From Patescibacteria group bacterium (GTDB taxonomy: Bacteria > Patescibacteriota > Minisyncoccia > Phycocordibacterales > Zambryskibacteraceae), in NCBI GenBank assembly GCA_004322205.1, contig SCSN01000002.1:1-53074 (forward strand): a DNA stretch of 53,074 nt, given 5' to 3'. The notes below the pieces were generated by a model, which was given only the letters and a program-made list of their open reading frames with translations, was not told the DNA's origin and did not search any database. A program made the position numbers and the translations under genes. Shown here piece after piece: positions 45,590 to 53,074 of this stretch; position 1 is the first letter of the stretch; each line of letters begins with the position of its first letter.

Positions 45590-45656
45590 TGCAGTGCATT
45601 ACTATTTTCGCAGGATATAATGAGTTTAGCCGTGATTAACGAATCGGAACTCTGCC

Positions 45657-46952
45657 ATGGGAAATTTGAGTAAATTTCAACTCATCCTAATCGGTGTTTT
45701 CGCTTTTTTCATCATCGTTGGCGTTGTTGTCTTTGCTTTCTCAAAGGGAAAGGGCCAAGTTCAGGCGGAGGTGACGATTTGGGGGACAGTCCCAGAGGCA
45801 ACCTTTTCCAAAGTTTTTGTCGAATTGCCGCTCTATCAGGACAGGACGGTATCGGTGAGGTACGTTGAAAAGCCTCAAGCGAACTTTAGTGGTGAGTATG
45901 TGGAAGCGCTGGCGCGAGATGCCGGTCCGGATATTATACTTGCGCCGCATGAAGTGATTCTTTCCGAGCGCCGAAAGCTCTTTGCTATTCCCTACAATTC
46001 TTTTCCCGAACGCATCTTTCGCGATACTTTTCTTGAGGAGGGAGAGCTTTTCTTTTTTCCGGAGGGGATTCTGGGCTTGCCGCTCACTGTTGACCCTCTT
46101 CTTCTCTACTGGAATCGGGATATCTTTTCGGGCGCCGGTTTGGCACAGCCGCCGAAGTTCTGGGCAGAATTCTTTGAGCTTTCGCAAAAACTTACCCAGC
46201 GCGACGGGCTACTCAACATTACCCAGTCGGCGGTGGCGCTCGGAGAGTATCGCAACATTCGCGGAAGCAAAGAGCTTATTGTCACCTTGGTGATGCAGGC
46301 GGGCAACCCCATTGTTCTCAAAAGCGAAAACGCGTTTGCTTCTGTTCTTGCCGAGACGCTTAATAAAGCCGCGCCGCCCGCCGAATCGGCGCTGAATTTT
46401 TATACTCAATTTTCCAATCCGGCCAAGCCGTTTTATTCTTGGAATCGCTCCCTGCCGGATTCCCAGCAAATGTTTCTAGCCGGCGATCTGGCCCTTTATA
46501 CGGGCCTTGCTTCGGAGTTACCGCTTCTCAAGCTCAAAAATCCCAATCTTAATTTTGACATTGCTCTCCTGCCGCAATCGCAGTCTGATGAGCGCAATTC
46601 AATCTACGGCAAAATGCTTGCTTTCGCCATCTCCAAACAGACGCGCAACCTGCCGGCGGCTTTTAAGGTTGCCACGCAACTAATCGGCCGAGATTCAGCA
46701 AAAGGTTTTGCTGACTCTCTCTCTATGGCACCTGCCCGCCGAGATCTTCTCTCGCGCCCGCCAGGGGATGCCTTCGGTGCCGTGCTCTACCAGAGTGCTC
46801 TCATCGCTCGCGGCTGGCTCGACCCCAATCAAGAAGGAACTTCAAAAATTTTTAGCGAAATGATTGAGGACACGACTAGCGGACACCTGCGGCTCGAGCA
46901 GGCGATTAGAGTGGCGGCCGGAAAAATTAGCGAGCTTCTCAAATCATGGTAG
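45657..46952 (+). CDS. membrane-anchored extracellular solute-binding-protein-like protein (SBP family 1-like)
   Basis: N-terminal TM anchor, then VTIWGT...LYWNRDIF...PKFWAEFFEL, typical of sugar-type ABC substrate-binding proteins. No permease or ATPase genes lie adjacent. Confidence 0.5.
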   Translation: MGNLSKFQLILIGVFAFFIIVGVVVFAFSKGKGQVQAEVTIWGTVPEATFSKVFVELPLYQDRTVSVRYVEKPQANFSGEYVEALARDAGPDIILAPHEVILSERRKLFAIPYNSFPERIFRDTFLEEGELFFFPEGILGLPLTVDPLLLYWNRDIFSGAGLAQPPKFWAEFFELSQKLTQRDGLLNITQSAVALGEYRNIRGSKELIVTLVMQAGNPIVLKSENAFASVLAETLNKAAPPAESALNFYTQFSNPAKPFYSWNRSLPDSQQMFLAGDLALYTGLASELPLLKLKNPNLNFDIALLPQSQSDERNSIYGKMLAFAISKQTRNLPAAFKVATQLIGRDSAKGFADSLSMAPARRDLLSRPPGDAFGAVLYQSALIARGWLDPNQEGTSKIFSEMIEDTTSGHLRLEQAIRVAAGKISELLKSW

Positions 46953-47404
46953 GAAAGAATGTGCGAAACGTTATAAGTGTTATAGCTGTTATAAGTGTTC
47001 TAGCTGTCGTGAGCGTTCTATTGATTGCGCCGTTTTTTGTTTCTGCCGCAGAACCGACCGTTCCGCCTCCGCCGCGCTCGGGAGGGTCGTTTCCGAGTTT
47101 AATAGTTTGTGATGGTCCGGACTGCAACTTCAGCAGTTTTATCCTCTTCATAAAAAATCTCATTACCGCCCTCGTCTACACTTCTATTCCTCTTGCCGCC
47201 ATTTCGTTTGCCTGGGCAGGGTTTCTGCTTCTGACGTCCGGTGGAAGTGTTGCTAAAAAAGATGAAGCCAAAGGAATTTTCAAAAAGGCCGCCCTCGGCT
47301 TCATTTTTGTTCTTGCTGCCTGGCTCATCGTCTACTTTATTACGAGCATTTTGCTCAATACTCGAGTTGATCCGAATCTTATTCTACTTCAGCCGTCTTC
47401 GTGA
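46946..47404 (+). CDS. pilin-like two-helix small membrane protein, paralog 1 (VirB2/TrbC-like)
   Basis: Signal/TM, a PPPP linker and the conserved C-terminal module LAAISFAWAGFLLLTSGGSVAKKDEAKGIFKKAALGFIFVLAAW, shared with the five downstream paralogs. Confidence 0.6.
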   Translation: MVGKNVRNVISVIAVISVLAVVSVLLIAPFFVSAAEPTVPPPPRSGGSFPSLIVCDGPDCNFSSFILFIKNLITALVYTSIPLAAISFAWAGFLLLTSGGSVAKKDEAKGIFKKAALGFIFVLAAWLIVYFITSILLNTRVDPNLILLQPSS

Positions 47405-47421
47405 CATGCTAGAATACGTAC

Positions 47422-47829
47422 ATGAAAATTAGGCACAGAAGTCTTGTGTTTTTGGGCTTATTTTTTATTTTGTTTGGAACTTTTGTCCTGTCGGTTTCTG
47501 CTGTTCATCAGGGCACAGAGCATCCCCCTGTCCCGGGCACAGAGCCTCCCGGTATCATCACACTCCAAAACCCCTTCAAGCACGGCGACAATCTCTACGA
47601 TTTCATTGTGGCAGTCATTAAAAATATCATTCTTCCTGTCGGCGGCGTGATTGCCGTTATGGCTTTTATCTACTCCGGCTTTCTCTTTGTCACGGCGCAG
47701 GGCAATGAGGAAAAACTCAAGACCGCCAAAAAGGCTTTTCTCTACACCGTCATCGGCACTGTCATTCTCCTCGGAGCTTGGGTCATCGCTCTTCTCATTG
47801 AAACAACAATAAATCAGCTCACTAGCTAA
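47422..47829 (+). CDS. pilin-like two-helix small membrane protein, paralog 2
   Basis: Signal peptide, then VIAVMAFIYSGFLFVTAQGNEEKLKTAKKAFLYTVIGTVILLGAW. Confidence 0.6.
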   Translation: MKIRHRSLVFLGLFFILFGTFVLSVSAVHQGTEHPPVPGTEPPGIITLQNPFKHGDNLYDFIVAVIKNIILPVGGVIAVMAFIYSGFLFVTAQGNEEKLKTAKKAFLYTVIGTVILLGAWVIALLIETTINQLTS

Positions 47830-47830
47830 T

Positions 47831-48265
47831 ATGCGTTCCGCTATCGTCTCTCTTTTCCTTGTTCTTGCTGTAGCTGCTCTAGCACCGCAGCCAGTCTCGG
47901 CACTTAACTGCGGCACTACTCTTTCAGTAGTGTCCACCGATATCAGCGGGATTCCGTCCGGATTTACGGTCAACCAGCCGAAAAATTTTGAGGAGCTAGT
48001 CTGCTTTGCCGTCATTCACATTAACACCATCCTCTTTATCCTCGCCAGCGCCACTCTTCTCGTCTTTTTCTGGGGGGTGGCGAAGTTTGTTCTTGCTGCC
48101 GGAGATGAAAAGAAGATTGGTGAGGGTAAAGAGCTCATGAAATGGGGGATTATTGCGCTCTTTGTAATGTTTTCCGTCTGGGGGATTCTGCAGCTTTTTT
48201 ATAGCGACCTTTTTGGCGGAAGAATCGGCATCCCCAAACTTCCTGAAGCCACCCGAACACCATGA
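47831..48265 (+). CDS. pilin-like two-helix small membrane protein, paralog 3
   Basis: Signal peptide (AAL-APQPVSA), then LLVFFWGVAKFVLAAGDEKKIGEGKELMKWGIIALFVMFSVW. Starts 1 nt after paralog 2. Confidence 0.65.
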   Translation: MRSAIVSLFLVLAVAALAPQPVSALNCGTTLSVVSTDISGIPSGFTVNQPKNFEELVCFAVIHINTILFILASATLLVFFWGVAKFVLAAGDEKKIGEGKELMKWGIIALFVMFSVWGILQLFYSDLFGGRIGIPKLPEATRTP

Positions 48266-48540
48266 CACTACTCAATGTTCTCTTCGGCATAGCATTACTT
48301 ATAAAAAAGCTAATTCCTCTGGCTTTTGTGGCGGCGCTTTTGTTTTTCTTTTGGGGCATCGCTAAGTTTATTTTTAAATCTGGGGACGAAAAAGCGATAG
48401 AAGAAGGAAAACGCATTATAAAGTGGGGTCTAATCGCCCTCTTTGTCATTGCGGCCATTGGCGGAATCATAAGTTTTCTCCAGCAGGATATTTTAGGAGG
48501 AAGCGTTCCCATTTCTATTATTCAAGATCAGAAGCCCTAA
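48262..48540 (+). CDS. pilin-like two-helix small membrane protein, paralog 4
   Basis: LLFFFWGIAKFIFKSGDEKAIEEGKRIIKWGLIALFVIAAIGG. Overlaps paralog 3 by 4 nt. Confidence 0.65.
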   Translation: MTLLNVLFGIALLIKKLIPLAFVAALLFFFWGIAKFIFKSGDEKAIEEGKRIIKWGLIALFVIAAIGGIISFLQQDILGGSVPISIIQDQKP

Positions 48541-48626
48541 TTATCCCCAACCCCTTGTTTTTCAATGTTTTTTTGATATTATTGGATTTATACCCTAAAG
48601 GTCTTTATAAGTAACCTGAAATAATA

Positions 48627-48995
48627 ATGAAAAAAGTTTTAGGAGGTGCTGCTCTTGCCTATGCTCTTCCGCTGGTGGCGCTTGCCGCCCCCTTGAGCAA
48701 TGTTCAGCAGCTTATCCAAGCGCTTGGCAATGTTGTTGATATTCTGCTGCCGATCGTTGTTGCCATTGCTCTTCTCGCCTTTTTCTGGGGACTGGCAAGT
48801 TTCATCTTTGCCGCTGGTGATGAGGAGAAGAGGGATAAGGGGAAGCAGATTATGAAGTGGGGTCTCATTGCCCTCTTCGTAATGGTGGCAGTCTGGGGCA
48901 TTGTGAGCTTCATCGGCAACGCTCTCGGCATTGGCATCGGTCAAGACTTGCCTTCTGTTCCCGGTGTCAGTTTGACTCCCGGTTCTACGCCGTAA
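48627..48995 (+). CDS. pilin-like two-helix small membrane protein, paralog 5
   Basis: Signal peptide, then LLAFFWGLASFIFAAGDEEKRDKGKQIMKWGLIALFVMVAVWG. Confidence 0.65.
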   Translation: MKKVLGGAALAYALPLVALAAPLSNVQQLIQALGNVVDILLPIVVAIALLAFFWGLASFIFAAGDEEKRDKGKQIMKWGLIALFVMVAVWGIVSFIGNALGIGIGQDLPSVPGVSLTPGSTP

Positions 48996-49012
48996 CCCCC
49001 TCTCCATAAGGA

Positions 49013-49279
49013 ATGGACGCCTCCGGCATCTTAAACAAAATAAATGCCGTTATTCTGAATCCGCTGATTCTCCTTCTCTTTACGATTGCACTTCTCTTTT
49101 TTTTCTGGGGAATTTTTCAGTTCGTCAGCCGCACCGGGGACGAGACAAAGCGGGCAGAAGGCAAGAAACATATTCTCTGGGGGCTTGTTGGAATGTTCAT
49201 TATGTTTTCCGTCTTCGGTCTGATTCGGATTATTCTCAACACTCTCGGAGTAACTCCGACTTATCCTTTTAATCCCTAG
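49013..49279 (+). CDS. pilin-like two-helix small membrane protein, paralog 6
   Basis: LLFFFWGIFQFVSRTGDETKRAEGKKHILWGLVGMFIMFSVFG. Followed by a strong terminator. Confidence 0.65.
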   Translation: MDASGILNKINAVILNPLILLLFTIALLFFFWGIFQFVSRTGDETKRAEGKKHILWGLVGMFIMFSVFGLIRIILNTLGVTPTYPFNP

Positions 49280-49303
49280 AGTCGGTTTACAGAAGTTTGA
49301 TTC

Positions 49304-49337
49304 AACCCCCCAGATGCGCGCATCTGGGGGGTTTTGC
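49304..49337. terminator. bidirectional rho-independent terminator between the pilin array and the convergent GC-rich module
   Basis: caacccccc-agatgcgcgcatct-ggggggttttg. Confidence 0.8.
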
Positions 49338-49388
49338 AAATGAAAAGGCGAGTTGTTCTCTTAAGAGCCGAGAACAACTCGCCGTCTG

Positions 49389-51449
49389 CTACATCGCGAC
49401 AGGGCTCGTCGGCAGCCGCCGCGTTACTCTGATTCGTACGATAGAATCAGGTGAATCTGACCGAAACCGCCAAGGTCCGACCTCGTAGGGGAGCCGAACG
49501 TCCGAGAGAATCTCCACCTTTCGCTCTCTTCCTGATGGTGTCAGGACCCAAAAGGCCCTTCGCCGCTCCTCGGGGAAGTCGAACATAAGTGGGGCGATGA
49601 GCTCGACTGGCTCGCTCCAGTTGGATCCCGCCCTCGGTCCGATGACAAGCGAATCTCGGAACTCTCCTGCGGTGAACCGAACTGGTACTGCCACTGCTTG
49701 CCCCGGCAATTCGTGCCCGAGCCAGCAGGGAGCCGACTCCCGCCAGTGACCCCAACCTCCTTTGGTGTTCCGGTAGAGCCACTTGGCGAATCTCGTATTT
49801 CCATCCAACGTCTCGATGTTGTAATCGAGGCCGTCAGCGGCCGTGAGAGAGTCAGCGGTGCGCCGCCAGCGAGGCATGATCTGGAACGCTCCCATCGCGC
49901 CGCTCTGGGGATTTGCGGTGACTCGCGTGTGTGCCGAGTCGGCCCAGTGATTGAAGCCGCTCTCGCAGGCTGCGATCTCCGCCAGAATCGAATCTTCCGG
50001 TGCCTTGAGCAGAACAAGAATTGAATCCCTGTCTCGCCCGCGCCATCTGTCCCGCGGATTCCCTTCGAACTTCCGCGAGAGGGAAGCCGGCTGAACCGCA
50101 ATCGGCGCCGTTGATTCCATCTTCTCCTTGGAGAAAATCTTCTCTCCCACCTTCCATAGTGCGAATAGCACTAGTGTGGCTAGGGCGGTGATTTTCAAGA
50201 AGGAAAAGCTTCTCTTGCCGCTTGAGAAGTAATCGGTTGTGGCCCGCCAGTACTCCTTCCGCTTTCTGAAGATTGCTACCAGCACCCATAAGCCCAGTGC
50301 CCCAAGCAGGAGGAAGAGCCAGAGTCCGAGTAGGAAGAACAGAATTGCTTTGCTCCATGATGGGACAGAGGAGAGAGAACCGGCGAGCTTCCCGTATGGA
50401 ATCTGCCGGACGAGCCAGACCCCAAGAGCAAGTACCAGAAGAGCGAATGCTACACGACGTGGTTTCTTGGGCTTCGGGACTCTCGTCCATAACCTCTTCA
50501 TTTCGCCCAACAGGCTTGTGGTGAATGTACTACCGGCTTTCACTACAGATCTCGCGGCGGTTCTTGCTGCGCCTACTGCAATGGTGATAACAATCATCAC
50601 CACTGCGAACATGAGTCCAGCAAACCACCAGAGACTGTCTCTAATGATTTTCCCAGTTGCGGCCCCGGCGGGGACAATTTGTCTCCTCCAGAGGCGGAGT
50701 GCAAGGAGAGCTAGACGCAATCTCCCATGCCTAGCACTTCTTGCTTTTCTTCTCCAAAAGTTGCGGAACGAAGCCAGTGCGGTTCTCCATGCGCCCGCCG
50801 CGCAATTTATTGTGCGACGGTAGTTGTGAGATGTTCGCGCCCGCCACCTGCGGATATGCTCGGTTACCCACAGGATTGCGTTCGCGACTATTGCGATTCC
50901 TCTGACGGGTAGCGTCACGACACGCAGGAGAAGTACTGCGGAGAACCGGAGTGTGTTTTGCAGCCATCCCGCGATGTCTCCTCCCGTCCCCCACGCGAGG
51001 TTTCGGAGAAGGAGTGTCTGAAGTCCTGCGGACCGCAGACCGCTTTCCCGCACCTCGTAAGGTGTTCCGTGCGGCATGACTTTTGCCCGCTGCATCGTGA
51101 GAGTCAGTGCTCCCCATCGCAGGCAGAGCTGCCTCTTGGCGCGGTAGCGTTGCATCCGGTGCCTGTGCTTCCGCCGAATTTTCCGCCACTTACTCCACGC
51201 TTCTGTGAAGCTGTAGCGATAAGGACCCGGCGGCCCAACGCGGAACCACCTGCGCCACTCCTTACTTCTGACGGTTGCCAAGATTTCTCGAGGCAAGTGT
51301 CGAAGAAGTAGAGAGAGTTGTCCCACCAACTTTACCCACTTCCACTCCTCTCGAGTTGGAACTTCTTCCGGTTCAGGTTCGACGGGCCAAATTACCCCGT
51401 CGCTGAAGACAAATCCCCGATCTCTGTTCAACGGGCGTTGCGGAGTCAT
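49389..51449 (-). CDS. polytopic membrane protein with C-terminal lytic transglycosylase (SLT/VirB1-like) domain
   Basis: SLT catalytic motif ILAEIAACESGFNHWA (E-S), GAMGAFQIMPRW (GLMQIMP-like) and a downstream Y/W-rich segment. The N-terminal ~450 aa have 6 or more TM helices and an extremely Arg/Trp-rich composition. The region is GC-rich by eye. Confidence 0.6.
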   Translation of the reverse strand: MTPQRPLNRDRGFVFSDGVIWPVEPEPEEVPTREEWKWVKLVGQLSLLLRHLPREILATVRSKEWRRWFRVGPPGPYRYSFTEAWSKWRKIRRKHRHRMQRYRAKRQLCLRWGALTLTMQRAKVMPHGTPYEVRESGLRSAGLQTLLLRNLAWGTGGDIAGWLQNTLRFSAVLLLRVVTLPVRGIAIVANAILWVTEHIRRWRARTSHNYRRTINCAAGAWRTALASFRNFWRRKARSARHGRLRLALLALRLWRRQIVPAGAATGKIIRDSLWWFAGLMFAVVMIVITIAVGAARTAARSVVKAGSTFTTSLLGEMKRLWTRVPKPKKPRRVAFALLVLALGVWLVRQIPYGKLAGSLSSVPSWSKAILFFLLGLWLFLLLGALGLWVLVAIFRKRKEYWRATTDYFSSGKRSFSFLKITALATLVLFALWKVGEKIFSKEKMESTAPIAVQPASLSRKFEGNPRDRWRGRDRDSILVLLKAPEDSILAEIAACESGFNHWADSAHTRVTANPQSGAMGAFQIMPRWRRTADSLTAADGLDYNIETLDGNTRFAKWLYRNTKGGWGHWRESAPCWLGHELPGQAVAVPVRFTAGEFRDSLVIGPRAGSNWSEPVELIAPLMFDFPEERRRAFWVLTPSGRERKVEILSDVRLPYEVGPWRFRSDSPDSIVRIRVTRRLPTSPVAM

Positions 51450-51584
51450 AACTTTTCCTTTCTATGTTTCGGTCTGTGTAAATGAGCGTCTGATCGGATT
51501 ATATCATAAAAACAACTAATGTCAAACAAATGAAAAGGGACCAGACACTCCTACTGTGAATGGCCCCATGCGACACAGTGTCGC

Positions 51585-52778
51585 TTATTTTTTGTCTTCC
51601 TTCTTCTCTCCTTGTCCGAGAGGGATTGCCGGAACTACGCCTGCCCCGCCCTCAACGTAGGTGTTGAGTTGGCTGACATTCTGCCACTTCCAGGCGACAA
51701 CTCGAGCAGGATCCTCGGCCACGTAGCCAATCGTGCTCTCGAGGAAGCTCCGCTCTCCCTGACCGGCGAGCACTCTTTGTCTCTTTTGCCGTTCGGCTTC
51801 GTACTCGAGGGTGGTGAGCTCGCGGTACTTGTCTCCGAGCTCTCCCGACGGCTCGATGTTATCGATCTGGACAAGCCGCACCCTAACACCGTAGTGCAGA
51901 GTGAAGTCAGCGAGAATCTCGAGGGACGAAAGTGTTCTCGAGACAGAATCTCGATCCGAGACAGAATCTCGATCCTTGTCCTTGCCTATGTCCATCTTTG
52001 CGTATTCCATCGAACGAGTCCAGCTTCGAACGCGGTCAGCGAGCTGGTTTTCGAGTGCCTCAAGCCAGTGCACAGCTCCGTACACCGCCTTGTAGGGGTT
52101 GACGATCTGCGCGGTGATGGCGAGCACAATCCTAAGAGGCACTCCGTCCTTGTCCTCGGCGTTCTTGATTGCGACGTAGTAGACATCGTCCTGACGAACA
52201 AGAACGTAGTCGAGGCTCCGCTTCTCTGTCTTGTACTGGTACCTGATATCCTCCCCTTGCTGCTCCACCTGCTCTCTGCTTGTCCAGGTCAGGGTGTAAA
52301 GCTTAACTTGGTCGAGGTAGGGAATACCGAGGATGTGAATTCCCCCCGTGAGCCGATCCAGCCGCGATGGAGTGGTGGTAGTTATGGATGAGTCGGGGAC
52401 AACATCCCACTGATGCGGTTTGACAAACTCGAGCTTGCTGTCCAGGAACAGCTGTTTGATCTCTTTCTCATTCCCGCCGCCGATGAGATTTTGCTCGCCC
52501 TTGGTCCATTGGTCACTGTCGCGCCAGTGGTGTCCGGTACAGGCCATTACTGCCTTGCGGAACTTCCCACCCCGCTCAATGATGATCGCTTGCCGCTCAA
52601 GGGCTAGGACGAGAAAGAATCGTAGTTCGGCGAGACCCCTTGCAATGAGAAGGAGTAAGAATGGTGAGAGAACTACGAGAACAATTCCCAACACGACCAG
52701 AAGTGCCAGTGCGGCCGATGCGAAGCTTGCCATAATTAACGTCCCTTCGTTTGTGAAGGAAAATATGTGATAGAACAA
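51585..52778 (-). CDS. SPFH/band-7 (stomatin/HflK-like) domain membrane protein
   Basis: N-terminal TM helix plus SPFH core (GVPLRIVLAITAQIVNPYKAVYGAV...LVQIDNIEPSGELGDKYRELTTLEYEAERQKRQRVLAGQGE). It contains a perfect 2x18-bp tandem duplication (DRDSVS x2) at 51939-51974. Confidence 0.7.
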   Translation of the reverse strand: MFYHIFSFTNEGTLIMASFASAALALLVVLGIVLVVLSPFLLLLIARGLAELRFFLVLALERQAIIIERGGKFRKAVMACTGHHWRDSDQWTKGEQNLIGGGNEKEIKQLFLDSKLEFVKPHQWDVVPDSSITTTTPSRLDRLTGGIHILGIPYLDQVKLYTLTWTSREQVEQQGEDIRYQYKTEKRSLDYVLVRQDDVYYVAIKNAEDKDGVPLRIVLAITAQIVNPYKAVYGAVHWLEALENQLADRVRSWTRSMEYAKMDIGKDKDRDSVSDRDSVSRTLSSLEILADFTLHYGVRVRLVQIDNIEPSGELGDKYRELTTLEYEAERQKRQRVLAGQGERSFLESTIGYVAEDPARVVAWKWQNVSQLNTYVEGGAGVVPAIPLGQGEKKEDKK

Positions 52779-52825
52779 ATATCTGTCCGTGATTCTATCA
52801 CAGTAATTTAAAAAGTCAAATTTTG

Positions 52826-52906
52826 TGCTGGGGAGAGGACTTGCACCTCCACGCCTTGCGGCACTAGCTCCTAGGGCTAGCGTGTCTTCTGTTTCACCAC
52901 CCCAGC
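52826..52906 (-). tRNA. atypical tRNA-Leu-like gene (anticodon TAG; type II variable arm), possibly degenerate
   Basis: Reverse complement gctgggg-tg-gtg-aaacagaaga-cac-g-ctagc-ccTAGga-gctag-(t gcc gcaa ggc gt)-ggagg-tgcaagt-cctct-ccccagc-a. The acceptor stem is perfect and the Leu-like D arm has a 3-bp stem. However, the D loop lacks G18G19, T-loop position 55 is G, and position 33 is C. Confidence 0.5.
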
Positions 52907-53007
52907 ACTTTTCTAATTGAGCTAATTAAGCTAATTAGCTAACTAGTTTCCTAGTGTCCTCAATTCTAAACCACGCGCGAACCTATTTTGAGCGAAGCGA
53001 CTGACTA

Positions 53008-53030
53008 ATGCCGCGCCTGCGGCGCGGCAT
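53008..53030. terminator. GC-rich perfect hairpin (atgccgcgcc-tgc-ggcgcggcat)
   Basis: A 10-bp perfect inverted repeat, followed by a partial copy of the CTCGGGCGGGGC motif at the window end. Confidence 0.4.
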
Positions 53031-53074
53031 TCCCGCCCACCACCCAACGCTCGGGCGGGGCGGGCAGGAAAGGG

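Noticed and set aside
50239-50823. Plus-strand ORFs (194 aa and others) inside the SLT-domain gene
   Set aside because: They are antisense to a long ORF with clear TM helices and SLT motifs, and are Arg/Ser-rich low-complexity translations typical of GC-rich antisense frames.
1-53074. Alternative genetic code (UGA recoding, as in some CPR lineages)
   Set aside because: Long housekeeping genes (lepA, valS, gyrA, rpsA, ftsZ) are full length with standard stops. No in-frame TGA is needed anywhere.
1-53074. CRISPR arrays, rRNA genes, IS/transposase genes
   Set aside because: No regularly spaced direct repeats with unique spacers, no rRNA-like conserved stretches, and no DDE/serine recombinase-like ORFs were seen.

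Overview
This 53 kb window looks like a compact, roughly 50% GC bacterial genome fragment that uses the standard genetic code. Its character is Candidate Phyla Radiation (Patescibacteria/Parcubacteria)-like: genes are tightly packed, starts and stops often overlap, aminoacyl-tRNA synthetases are minimal, and there are many Thr/Gly-rich secreted surface proteins.

Housekeeping genes are clearly recognisable:
- Translation and RNA processing: lepA, valS, tsaD, a HisRS-like gene, ybeY, rpsU, pth, rpsA and RNase P RNA (rnpB).
- Cell division and envelope: ftsZ, ftsA, murJ, lepB and an FtsB-like protein.
- Other core functions: trxB, gyrA, a glutaredoxin-like protein, an Hsp20 and a NUDIX hydrolase.
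- Eight tRNA genes (Gly-CCC, Arg-CCT, Arg-CCG, Phe-GAA, Glu-TTC, Ser-CGA, Val-GAC, and an atypical Leu-TAG-like one).

Accessory content is dominated by cell-surface and attachment proteins:
- a 5'-partial tail-fibre-like repeat protein, a LamG lectin-like protein and a mucin-like S/T/P-rich protein;
- two giant FN3/Ig-like and prealbumin-fold repeat proteins, one split by a frameshift;
- a CAP/SCP-domain protein and a Wzy_C-like polytopic membrane protein fused to TPR repeats, next to murJ.

The most striking locus is at 46.9-52.9 kb. Six tandem paralogous small two-helix pilin-like proteins (VirB2/TrbC-like) converge on a GC-rich module. That module encodes a polytopic membrane protein with a C-terminal lytic-transglycosylase (VirB1-like) domain and an SPFH/band-7 protein, and it ends at an atypical tRNA-Leu-like gene.

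Several other things seem noteworthy:
- a conserved repeat element downstream of tRNA genes;
- an in-frame TAG inside a 15-bp tandem repeat in a small membrane-protein gene;
- ftsA and ftsZ split apart by an inverted GC-rich two-gene cassette;
- a C-terminal module (poly-Gly, RRxPP, EVLGA) shared by the two largest surface proteins.

No CRISPR array, rRNA gene or transposase was seen. All family assignments were made by eye from motifs; no database search was run.
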